This document shows positions 17,364 to 26,217 of a stretch of 35,482 nt of DNA, piece by piece; positions within the stretch are counted from its first letter, which is position 1; each line of letters begins with the position of its first letter. Made by a program: the position numbers and the translations under genes. The stretch comes from Candidatus Parcubacteria bacterium (GTDB lineage Bacteria; Patescibacteriota; Patescibacteriia; CAIXNZ01), in NCBI GenBank assembly GCA_026395675.1, contig JAPLYF010000030.1, positions 1 to 35,482 of the forward strand, written 5' to 3'. Below the pieces are notes generated by a model. The model saw only the letters and a list, made by a program, of their open reading frames with translations, made no database searches and was not told the DNA's origin.

Positions 17364-18761
17364 TCATCTTTTCTTCTTTTTTGACATCCTGACCAAAATA
17401 TAAATGAGAATAATCAAAATAATAGCAATTCCTATGGCAATGAAATTGGCAGGACTGATTTGGGGGCTGCCAGTTTCTTTTATTTTTCCGATTGGGAAAT
17501 ATTGAATTATTTTTGTAATTGGCTGCAAATCGCTATAACTGCTTGTGGCTTCGACTTTTATTAAATTCGGGCCGTCGTTCAGATTAGCTGCAAAGGAAAA
17601 CTGACCGGTTTTGGGATCGAGCTGGATCTGATCTGCTTTTATTTCTAAATCATTTAAATTAATTTTAAACCCTGCCTGGCCATCTGAAATCCTACCCTCC
17701 AGGGTGACGGGGTTGGCTTTATTTTTAATTTCTTGATTATCAGTTAAATAAAGCTCAAAATGCGGAATTAATTTATAATCACCGGCTTCCTTAATCAGAA
17801 AAGTAACCTGATTTTCTTCATCAATACTTGCAAAGTTATAATTTTCAATTTTATCTTTTGTCAAAACAATATTATCTTTTAAAATATCCGGATCCCAGAC
17901 ATAAGGTACTTGATAAAAAGTCAAACGGAGAGGCACCTTAAAATAATCCATTAATTCTTTTTTTACAACAAAATGTAGATTGTCAAAAACCATGTAATCG
18001 CCCAGTTTATCAATGAAAGAAACAGCTTCTGGTTTTGATAAATCAACTGGCCCGGTAAAATTCACCTCAACTTTTCCCAATAAATCAAAAGTTAAATCTT
18101 CAACTTTGCTCGCATCTTTAATCTCGCTTAGCTTGGTTGTTTTAGCGCCTGCTTTAAAAAAAAGCTGATTAATCTGGACTTTTTGGATTGGCAAAAGGGT
18201 CTCAGTGCCTGCCTCTGAAGTAGCTGTCTGCGGAATCAAATTTTCCTCAGGCAAATTTTGAGCGTTCTCCAAAGTGATTAATTTTTCACCAGAGCTGAAA
18301 GCCAAAACAAGCTGCGGATACTGGGAACTAAAAACATCGATAAAATTCAGGCCTGTCTGGACAGCTAATTCTGGATTTTTAACTTTATTCAAAGTAAAAA
18401 TGATTTTAGTATTTTGAGCAATGTCAATTGGCTTATTGAAGAAATAACGGATGTCATCACAATTAGAAACGCAGTTTATATTACTTTTACCTACCTGGGG
18501 ATTGCCCTGGGGTAAGCCAGTTACAAAAAGTTCAGCCGAACTCAGATCTGGCTGGTAACCGCCTAGGGAAATTAAAATGTGGCCGATTTTTGTATTTGCA
18601 GGAATTACAAAACTAATTTTCCAACTCGACAAACTGCCTGCATTTTGAGGCGTTATTTCTAAGGAGACATTATTTAAACTGGTTACGGCCTGACTGGGCT
18701 TGGGTAAAAACAAAAACGTAACTAAACTTAAACAAAATAATAGTTGTAAAATCTTTTTCAT
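17364..18761 (-). CDS. Hypothetical surface protein with Ig-like beta domains and a C-terminal membrane anchor
   Basis: Signal peptide; GPNLIKVEA Ig-like strand; C-terminal TM followed by KKKKR. Confidence 0.8.
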   Translation of the reverse strand: MKKILQLLFCLSLVTFLFLPKPSQAVTSLNNVSLEITPQNAGSLSSWKISFVIPANTKIGHILISLGGYQPDLSSAELFVTGLPQGNPQVGKSNINCVSNCDDIRYFFNKPIDIAQNTKIIFTLNKVKNPELAVQTGLNFIDVFSSQYPQLVLAFSSGEKLITLENAQNLPEENLIPQTATSEAGTETLLPIQKVQINQLFFKAGAKTTKLSEIKDASKVEDLTFDLLGKVEVNFTGPVDLSKPEAVSFIDKLGDYMVFDNLHFVVKKELMDYFKVPLRLTFYQVPYVWDPDILKDNIVLTKDKIENYNFASIDEENQVTFLIKEAGDYKLIPHFELYLTDNQEIKNKANPVTLEGRISDGQAGFKINLNDLEIKADQIQLDPKTGQFSFAANLNDGPNLIKVEATSSYSDLQPITKIIQYFPIGKIKETGSPQISPANFIAIGIAIILIILIYILVRMSKKKKR

Positions 18762-18774
18762 TGAAAATTTAAAA

Positions 18775-21210
18775 TTATTTTCTTATTTGCGCTCCCAGCT
18801 TATCTTCCAGAATTTTTAAAACCCCTTTATGAATCACTTGAACTTCTGCCATGGTTAAAGTTTTATCATCAGAGCGATATTCTATGCTAAAAGCAATTGA
18901 TTTTTTACCCTCTGGAATGCCTTTACCTTCAAAGACATCAAAAATTTTTACCTTTCTAATTAATTCTTTTTCTACTTCCTTGACAGCTTGTTTAACTTCT
19001 TCCCACAGAATCTTTTTAGCCACGATCATAGAAATATCCAGTTCAATGCTAGGAAATTCAGGGATTGGCTGATAAGCCATTTCATCAGTATAAACTTTGT
19101 CTAATTCAGTCAAACTAAATTCAAAAATCCCGACTTTGTTATTGATGTCTAATTTGCCATATAATTTAGGATTCAATTCTGTTACTAGTCCAATTGACTT
19201 GCCATTTAATAAAATAGCCGCTGTTTTGCCAGCACTACCCCAAACCGGCGCTGTTTTTGCTGCTTTTATCTGATAAACCAAATGTAATTTTTCAAATAAG
19301 GATTCAACAATATTTTTTGCGTTATAAAATGGCGACTGATCTTCTTTTTGGACCACCACGCCAGCAAAATGCTTTTCCTGATATGGTAAAAATCCTGGTT
19401 TTTTATCAGAGAGGCGTTCTCCTGGCTTATCTTTTAAATAAACAGAGCCGACCTCAAAGAGTTTAATTTCATTGAAAAACCTTTCATTGGCAATAATATT
19501 ATTTAGCAGATTGGGCAGTAAGGATATTCTCAAGCGCGTGGTTTCGCTGGAAAGCGGATTAGCTATTTTTATATGGCTATCAATATGCAAACCTATTTTA
19601 TGTAATTGTTCCTCGCTATTGAAAGAATAATTATAAACTTCTGACATGGCCAAGCCATAAGCTAGAATATTTTTAATTTTGCGTTCCAGTTCCCTTTCTT
19701 TATTTAATTCAGGTCTGGCCATTTTAATTTCTGGCAAATCAATTTTTAAATTGTCATAGCCATAAATGCGGGCCACTTCTTCAACTATATCCTCAGGCAG
19801 AGTAATATCCTTGGTTGCTCGCCAGCTTGGCACAAAAACTTCCAAACCTTCTCTGTTTTTTTTGACTTCAAAGCCCAAGCTTTCTAAAATTCTGATAATT
19901 TTATCCTCGGCAATTTCCTGGCCGATTTTTTTATTTATAAAATCAAAACTAATCGCGATCGGCCCTTGATTTAATTTAAATTTCTTAACATCTTCCAGAT
20001 GGGAAACAATTTTGGCGCCTGGGCAAAGCTTTAAAATTAATTCTATGGCTTTTTTAATGCCCAGTTCAGTAATATTGGGGTCCAATGATTTTTCAAATCT
20101 GATTGAGGCCTCTGATCTCAATCCTAATATTGATTCGGTCTGCCTGATTGAAATATGATTAAAATTCGCTGATTCAATAATGACTTTTTGGGTCTGGCCA
20201 TCGATTTCAGTATTAGCGCCGCCCATCACACCGGCAATGGCCACTGGTTTTTTAGCATCAGCAATCACCAGCATTTCTTCATCTAATTTCCTTTCTTGTT
20301 CATCTATGGTTTTAATTTTTTCTCCAGGATTTGCTTTTCTGACAATAATTCGATGTCCTTCTAATTTATCGTAATCAAAGGCGTGCAAGGGCTGGCCTAT
20401 CTCCATCATCACATAATTGGTAATGTCCACAATATTATTGATCGGCCGCATGCCCACTGCTTCAATCCGCTTTTTTAACCAAACCGGCGAATCTTCTGTC
20501 TTAATGCCCTCAATCACCACTCCCATGTATCTTGGGCACAAGGCAAAATCTTCAATTTTAATATCCAATTTTTCCTTGCCATCTTTAAAACTTTCAACTT
20601 TATAGACTTTTCCGCCTGAGGCGGATCCGCCTTTGGCGGACAACTTTTCGCTTAATATGGCTACCACTTCCCTGGCTACTCCATAATGCGACCACAAATC
20701 AGGGCGGTGGGTTAATGATTTATTATCAATTTCATAAATAATATCATCTAGGCCCAAGGCCTTGGCCAAAGAAGTGCCGGGCATTAATTTTTTATCTAAA
20801 ATTACAATCCCTGAATGATCTTTACCTAACCCCAATTCATCTTCAGCGCACAACATGCCCTCGGATTCCTCACCCCTCACTTTTACTTTTTCTATTTTCA
20901 TGCCATTTGGTAAAACAACACCCAAAGTTGCCACTGGAACCTTTTGCCCTTTCTCAATATTTGGCGCACCGCAAACAATACTCAATTTCTTTGCCCCAAT
21001 ATCAACAATAGCCAACTTTAATTTATCAGCATTGGGGTGCTTTTTCACTTCCAAAATTTCACCGACCACAATTCCTTTTAAACTTTCTTTTTGATCAACA
21101 AAACCCTCAACTTCAGCCATGGCCATAGTCAATTTTAAACCCAGCTCTTTAGCTGATAAAGAGTCGGGAATTTTTACAAAATCTTTTAACCAATTGCGAG
21201 AAATTAACAT
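18775..21210 (-). CDS. pheT: Phenylalanine--tRNA ligase beta subunit
   Basis: MLISRNWL, HPNADKL, IVCGAPN, RPINNIVDITNY, C-terminal FDX-ACB domain; ATG at 21210 preferred. Confidence 0.97.
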   Translation of the reverse strand: MLISRNWLKDFVKIPDSLSAKELGLKLTMAMAEVEGFVDQKESLKGIVVGEILEVKKHPNADKLKLAIVDIGAKKLSIVCGAPNIEKGQKVPVATLGVVLPNGMKIEKVKVRGEESEGMLCAEDELGLGKDHSGIVILDKKLMPGTSLAKALGLDDIIYEIDNKSLTHRPDLWSHYGVAREVVAILSEKLSAKGGSASGGKVYKVESFKDGKEKLDIKIEDFALCPRYMGVVIEGIKTEDSPVWLKKRIEAVGMRPINNIVDITNYVMMEIGQPLHAFDYDKLEGHRIIVRKANPGEKIKTIDEQERKLDEEMLVIADAKKPVAIAGVMGGANTEIDGQTQKVIIESANFNHISIRQTESILGLRSEASIRFEKSLDPNITELGIKKAIELILKLCPGAKIVSHLEDVKKFKLNQGPIAISFDFINKKIGQEIAEDKIIRILESLGFEVKKNREGLEVFVPSWRATKDITLPEDIVEEVARIYGYDNLKIDLPEIKMARPELNKERELERKIKNILAYGLAMSEVYNYSFNSEEQLHKIGLHIDSHIKIANPLSSETTRLRISLLPNLLNNIIANERFFNEIKLFEVGSVYLKDKPGERLSDKKPGFLPYQEKHFAGVVVQKEDQSPFYNAKNIVESLFEKLHLVYQIKAAKTAPVWGSAGKTAAILLNGKSIGLVTELNPKLYGKLDINNKVGIFEFSLTELDKVYTDEMAYQPIPEFPSIELDISMIVAKKILWEEVKQAVKEVEKELIRKVKIFDVFEGKGIPEGKKSIAFSIEYRSDDKTLTMAEVQVIHKGVLKILEDKLGAQIRK
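20607..20640. repeat. Family C double-hairpin palindrome inside pheT
   Basis: TCCGCC TGA GGCGGA TCCGCC TTT GGCGGA; 32 bp identical to 24294-24325. Confidence 0.9.
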
Positions 21211-21211
21211 A

Positions 21212-21304
21212 GGATACAAATTTACAAATCTTCTACAAATTTACAAATTCAATTTTGCCCTGAAATTATTCGTAATATTCGTAGCAAATTCGTAGATTCG
21301 TATC
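21212..21304. repeat. Junction scaffold between pheS and pheT
   Basis: GATACAAAT...ATTCGTATC terminal IR; four TACAAAT and four ATTCGTA units. Confidence 0.85.
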
Positions 21305-21307
21305 AAT

Positions 21308-22333
21308 TTAAAATTGATTTAAAAATCTCAAATCCCCGCTTTGTAATAATCGGACATCATCAATCCGGTATTTCATCATCACCAAACGCGTTAACCCAAG
21401 ACCAAACGCGAACCCAGACCATTTTTTTGGATCAATACCACCATACTTCAAAACATTGGGATGAACCAAACCAGAACCAACAAATTCTATCCAGCCGCTT
21501 TGTTTGCAAATTGGACAACCTTTGCCCTGGCAAATTAAACAGCCAAAATCCAATTCAAAACCCGGCTCCACAAAAGGAAAATAACCCGGGCGCAACCTAA
21601 CTTTGACTTCTTTTTTAAATATGGCTGACAGCATTTCTTTCATTATTGCCACCAAATGAGTGATAGCAATATCTTTATCAATCATTAAACCTTCCAGCTG
21701 ATAAAAAGTGTGATCGTGTGAAGCATCAGTAGCTTCATTTCTAAAAACCCTGCCTGGAACTACACAGCGAAGCGGTGCGCCATATTTTTGCATGGCTCTA
21801 ATTTGAACTGGTGAAGTGTGAGTACGCAAAACTAATTTATCTTTAGATTCAATGTAAAAAGTATCCTGCGAATCACGCGCCGGATGCCAAGCTGGAATAT
21901 TCAAGGCCTCAAAATTATAATAATCTGACTCCAATTCTGGCCCATCCAAAATCATAAAGCCCATAGATTTAAAAATATCCTCAAGTTCATTTTGCACCTG
22001 AGTTAAAGGATGCAAGTGCCCTAATTTAAATTTTTCAATTTCCAAAGTCACATCAATGAAATCTCTTTCTAGGTCAGTTTCTTTTTTACTGGAAATTTCT
22101 CCTTCTTTTTGCTCCAGTGCCTTAGCAATCTCTGTTTTAAGCTGGTTGGCTAAAGTGCCTAATTTGGGCTTCAAGTCCTCAGATACTTCCTTTATATCCT
22201 TTAATAACTTGGCTAATTCCCCGTTTTTACGGGAAAAATATTTATCCCTGATTTTCTGCCAATCATCTGAATTCTTAATGGCTTTAATTTCTTTAAGCGC
22301 CTCTTCTTTTATTTTTTTAAATTTTGTTTCCAT
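21308..22333 (-). CDS. pheS: Phenylalanine--tRNA ligase alpha subunit
   Basis: HPARDSQDTFY, LRTHTSPVQ, YFPFVEP, GFAFGLG. Confidence 0.97.
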   Translation of the reverse strand: METKFKKIKEEALKEIKAIKNSDDWQKIRDKYFSRKNGELAKLLKDIKEVSEDLKPKLGTLANQLKTEIAKALEQKEGEISSKKETDLERDFIDVTLEIEKFKLGHLHPLTQVQNELEDIFKSMGFMILDGPELESDYYNFEALNIPAWHPARDSQDTFYIESKDKLVLRTHTSPVQIRAMQKYGAPLRCVVPGRVFRNEATDASHDHTFYQLEGLMIDKDIAITHLVAIMKEMLSAIFKKEVKVRLRPGYFPFVEPGFELDFGCLICQGKGCPICKQSGWIEFVGSGLVHPNVLKYGGIDPKKWSGFAFGLGLTRLVMMKYRIDDVRLLQSGDLRFLNQF

Positions 22334-22342
22334 TTTGAAGAA

Positions 22343-23452
22343 TTAGATTAAATTTGAAAAAAAGTTAGAAAATACTTTGCTGTAGCGCAAAAGATCCTGA
22401 AAGGTAATTACAATGATCAAAAGCATAAGCAGAGAAAAACCAATGGTATTAATTAAAGATTCTATTTTTTGGGTCATTGGCTTGCGTCTAATTTTTTCAA
22501 TAAATAGAAATAATAGTCGTCCGCCATCCAGGGCCGGGAAAGGTAAAATATTAATAATTGCCAAATTTAAAGAAAGCAGAGCTGTAAATTGCAAGAGATA
22601 AATAAATCCCAATTTAGCAACCTGGCCAGTTAAAACTGCTATACCAACCGGCCCGGAAACTTGCACCCCAAGTGGTTTGCCAATTACTAAATTTTTAATA
22701 ATATTGGCAAAAGCCAAGACAAATTCCTTGGTTAAAATGCCGGTTAATTTAAAGCCGTGCCAGATGGCTTGTGGTATGCCATAAGAAACAGTGCCGGTCT
22801 CAACCAAGCTCATTCCAATTCCTCCCTTGCCCTGGCCAATATCAGCAATTTCGATTTCTTTAGTTAAAATCTGGCCTTCACGGCTAAACTGATAAGTGAT
22901 TTTCTGGCCAATTTTACCTGATGTATAATCAATCAAATTTTGAACACTGGTTATTGGCTGGCCGTCAACTGACAAAACAACATCGCCAATTTGCACATCA
23001 GCTGCTTGGGCCGGTTTATCATCCAAAATAGCCACAACCTGAATTTTATAATTTTTAACTAAACCCTTAGCCAGGGCTTGCTGATCTACTGCTTGCGGCA
23101 AACCCACCATATAACCAAAAGAAAGCAATATTGCGCAAAGCAAAAAGTTCATGATTACCCCTGCTACTAAAACAATGGCTCGTCGCCAAGGTTTTTTACT
23201 GCCAAAACTATCAGGCACATTTTTCTCTTCACCATCCTCGCCTTTTATCTTGCAAAAGCCGCCCAAAGGTATTGAATTTATTGAATAAATCACGCCATCT
23301 TTGCCTTTCTTGCCCCAAATTCTTGGTGGGAAACCAAAGCCAAATTCCTCGACTTTCATGCCCATTTTCTTAGCCGTAATAAAATGGCCAAATTCATGGA
23401 CAAAAACCAAAAGACCTAAAACAATTAAAAAAATAGCTACTGTAATTAACAT
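22343..23452 (-). CDS. rseP: RIP metalloprotease RseP (M50, PDZ)
   Basis: HEFGH, FGFGFPP, PLGGFC, NILPFPALDGG. Confidence 0.95.
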   Translation of the reverse strand: MLITVAIFLIVLGLLVFVHEFGHFITAKKMGMKVEEFGFGFPPRIWGKKGKDGVIYSINSIPLGGFCKIKGEDGEEKNVPDSFGSKKPWRRAIVLVAGVIMNFLLCAILLSFGYMVGLPQAVDQQALAKGLVKNYKIQVVAILDDKPAQAADVQIGDVVLSVDGQPITSVQNLIDYTSGKIGQKITYQFSREGQILTKEIEIADIGQGKGGIGMSLVETGTVSYGIPQAIWHGFKLTGILTKEFVLAFANIIKNLVIGKPLGVQVSGPVGIAVLTGQVAKLGFIYLLQFTALLSLNLAIINILPFPALDGGRLLFLFIEKIRRKPMTQKIESLINTIGFSLLMLLIIVITFQDLLRYSKVFSNFFSNLI

Positions 23453-23518
23453 GTATTTGCTAAAGATTATTAATTAACTTACTTTAATTTTAGCTTAATT
23501 AAAAATAAATATCAAATC

Positions 23519-23547
23519 TTGACAGATTTCTTAAACTATGCTAACAT
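23519..23547 (+). promoter_or_regulatory. Sigma70-type promoter with extended -10
   Basis: TTGACA-17 bp-TAACAT preceded by TGC. Confidence 0.7.
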
Positions 23548-23550
23548 ATT

Positions 23551-23848
23551 ATTACAAAATTGTTGATCTAGGCTGGCCGCATAAGCGGTTGGCTAAGTGG
23601 GGCTAAGCATTCTTGCACGGTTCCCGGATCAACGTCGGGTTTTAGGCGGCTGGATAAAACTCCGAAATAAGGAGTGGGGCCCAAACCAGCCAAGAGTTTT
23701 GGGCGTAACAACGGAGTTTGATGCGCTACCTGATGGAGGGCTAAAAACGGTAAAATCGCGCGATCCAAATTTAGCAACCTCCCGGCCAAGCAATTGGCAA
23801 AAAACTCTCTATTCGTAATCAAAGCGGAAGTTTAACTTCCGCTTTTTT
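23551..23848 (+). ncRNA. Candidate structured ncRNA of unknown family
   Basis: GC-richer than flanks, own promoter and terminator, at least six helices with G-U pairs and a GCAA tetraloop. Confidence 0.6.
23821..23848. terminator. Intrinsic terminator, probably shared with murI
   Basis: AAAGCGGAAG-TTTAA-CTTCCGCTTT TTT. Confidence 0.85.
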
Positions 23849-24731
23849 ATTTTAATTCAATTTTTTCAAACTCAATCCCCTTGCCAAACCATTTTTCCCC
23901 CAATTCCTGATAAAGTTCTGATAAATCTGTGACAAAAAATTTAATATTGGGAACCGCCGAGGTTGTCATGGTGAGCATAGTCGAACCATCAACCGAGGCG
24001 GCTTTATCCAATTTACTTTCAATCTCATTATGTCTGGCTAAGTAATCAGCCAAGGACTCAGCCACAATTTCCCCTGAATTTAAAACTTTTGTTTGAATAC
24101 CCATAATCCCCTTAACTTCTTTTAACAAAATCGGATAATGGGTACAGCCCAAAATTAAAGTATCAACTTTAGCCAATTTCAATGGCCGCAAATAATATCG
24201 TAAAATCTTTTTGGTTTCCGGCCTATTTTCCCAGCCCTCTTCAATCAAAGGGATGAGCAAAGGACATGCTTGCTGTAAAACTTCCAATTGCGGCTTTTCC
24301 GCCTGAGGCGGATCCGCCTTTGGCGTAAACTTTTCAATTTCCCGAATATAGGCCTGGGAATTAATAGTGCCTTTGGTCCCGATTACTCCAATTTTATTTT
24401 TCGCAACCAAAACAGCTTTTTCAACTACAGGCCTAATTACTCCCAAAACTCGCCTGTCAGGATAATTTTGCAGTAACCATTCCTGCTGAATTTTCCTTAA
24501 AGCTTTAGCCGAAGCAGTATTGCAGGCAATAATTATTAACTCGCAATCCTGCTTAAATAAAAAATTAACTGCCTGCTCTGTAAATTTATAGATTACATCT
24601 TGCGAACGGTTGCCATATGGCGTCCTTGCATTGTCACCCAAGTAAATGTAATCGTATTGAGGCAGTTTTTTTACAATTTCTTTTAAAATAATCAGGCCAC
24701 CCAGGCCTGAATCAAAAATTCCTATTCTCAT
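23847..24731 (-). CDS. murI: Glutamate racemase with two palindromic insertions
   Basis: IGIFDSGLGG, PYG, IACNTAS, LGCTHYP. Confidence 0.96.
   Translation of the reverse strand: MRIGIFDSGLGGLIILKEIVKKLPQYDYIYLGDNARTPYGNRSQDVIYKFTEQAVNFLFKQDCELIIIACNTASAKALRKIQQEWLLQNYPDRRVLGVIRPVVEKAVLVAKNKIGVIGTKGTINSQAYIREIEKFTPKADPPQAEKPQLEVLQQACPLLIPLIEEGWENRPETKKILRYYLRPLKLAKVDTLILGCTHYPILLKEVKGIMGIQTKVLNSGEIVAESLADYLARHNEIESKLDKAASVDGSTMLTMTTSAVPNIKFFVTDLSELYQELGEKWFGKGIEFEKIELK
24294..24325. repeat. Family C palindrome inside murI
   Basis: CTTTTCCGCCTGAGGCGGATCCGCCTTTGGCG, identical to 20607-20638. Confidence 0.9.
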
Positions 24732-24740
24732 ATTTTTATT

Positions 24741-24831
24741 GGGCGAAAATATTTTGGCCAGTCGGTTAGTGTAGGGAACGGTCTAGACCGTTCCCTACGG
24801 AAGCCGGTGTTGTGCCAAAATATTTTCGCCC
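24741..24831. repeat. REPIN-like nested inverted repeat
   Basis: 18-bp perfect IR GGGCGAAAATATTTTGGC / GCCAAAATATTTTCGCCC around the 28-bp palindrome GTAGGGAACGGTCTAGACCGTTCCCTAC. Confidence 0.85.
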
Positions 24832-24860
24832 CACCAAATTTCATAATTCAGATCTCATAA

Positions 24861-26204
24861 TTATTTTATCAATTTCAACAATTCCTTAACTTTTTCATCA
24901 ATCAAATCCTGCGACTTTGCCTCCACATTTAACCGAATCAAGGGTTCAGTATTTGATTTGCGCAAATTAAAGCGCCAATCCTTAAATTCCACGGAAACTC
25001 CATCAATATGTTCGATCTTACCCTTAGAATATTTTTTCTCAACATTAGTTAAAATTATATCAGGATCAGTGACCGTCTGATTAATTTCGCCGGAAATAAA
25101 ATATCTCTCGCGATATGGCTTGGCTAAATCAGACATTTTAATCCCCTCTTTACTTAATCTTTCTAAAATCAGAAGCAAAGGGATCATGCCATTGTCAGCG
25201 TAAAAATTGTCACGGAAATAATAATGGCCTGACATTTCACCGGCAAAAAAAGCTTTTTCTTTTCTCATGCGATCTTTAAAAAAAGCATGCCCAGGTCTAT
25301 TTAATAAAAGTTTACCTCCCATTTTTTTAACTGCGTCCTCAACAGCCCAAGTTAAACGCGGCCCAGAAATAACTTTTTCTTTTGGCTTTTTCTTTAATAA
25401 ATATTCTGCCAAAATTGCAGTTAAAAAATAGCCTTCAACGAAATCACCATTTTCATCGAAAATAAAACATCTATCTGCATCACCATCCCAGGCCACGCCC
25501 AAATTTGCTTTCTCGCTTTTTACCAAATCTGAAATTTCTTTTCTTCTTTCAGGGATCAAAGGGTCAGGCTTTCCTTTTGGAAAATGGCCATCAGGATGAA
25601 AATTCAAAGGCACAATTTCGACTGGTAAAAATTCCAAAATTTTATTCAGAGCCACTCCAGCCATGCCAAAATTCGCGTCTGCTACGATTTTCATTGGCTT
25701 AATCGCTTTGGCATCAATGAAAGACAAGCAATGTTTGGCATAATCAGCCAAAATTTCTTTGGTACTAATTTCTCCTTTTTCTGGCTCCATTATTTCTCCT
25801 TCTTTAAGCGCCTGTTTTTTGATATCCAAAAGCCCGCTATCCTCCGAAACGGCTATGGCGCTTTCCCTAACAAATTTCAGACCATTATATTCTTTGGGAT
25901 TATGAGAAGCCGAAATAGTTATGCCGCCGCCATAATCATAAAAAGCCACGGCAAAATAAAGCATGTCAGTGGAAATAGTGCCAATATCAATTACATCAAA
26001 ACCAGCATTGGTAATGCCTTTGGCTGCGGCCTGCCATAAACTGGGTGAAGACAAACGCACATCTTTACCTAAAACAACTGAACCCTTGGGCTTAAAAACT
26101 TTAACATATGCCTGAGCGATTTTGTAAACAGCTTCTTCATTAATTTCGTCCGGGTAAATGCCCCTCACATCATAGGCCTTAAAAATATTTTGATTTAATG
26201 CCAT
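24861..26204 (-). CDS. manB: Phosphomannomutase/phosphoglucomutase
   Basis: FKAYDVRG, SASHNP, DGDADR, GEMSGH, SNTEP. Confidence 0.92.
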   Translation of the reverse strand: MALNQNIFKAYDVRGIYPDEINEEAVYKIAQAYVKVFKPKGSVVLGKDVRLSSPSLWQAAAKGITNAGFDVIDIGTISTDMLYFAVAFYDYGGGITISASHNPKEYNGLKFVRESAIAVSEDSGLLDIKKQALKEGEIMEPEKGEISTKEILADYAKHCLSFIDAKAIKPMKIVADANFGMAGVALNKILEFLPVEIVPLNFHPDGHFPKGKPDPLIPERRKEISDLVKSEKANLGVAWDGDADRCFIFDENGDFVEGYFLTAILAEYLLKKKPKEKVISGPRLTWAVEDAVKKMGGKLLLNRPGHAFFKDRMRKEKAFFAGEMSGHYYFRDNFYADNGMIPLLLILERLSKEGIKMSDLAKPYRERYFISGEINQTVTDPDIILTNVEKKYSKGKIEHIDGVSVEFKDWRFNLRKSNTEPLIRLNVEAKSQDLIDEKVKELLKLIK

Positions 26205-26217
26205 AAAATTTTAATTC

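Noticed and set aside
23597-23818. 73-aa GTG-start ORF as a protein gene
   Set aside because: No SD or recognisable domain, and dense base pairing favours RNA. Not fully excluded, since the frame ends just before the terminator.
23551-23848. tmRNA, RNase P RNA or SRP RNA
   Set aside because: No tRNA-like 3' end or T-loop, no GAGGAAAGTCC, no SRP helix-8 motif.
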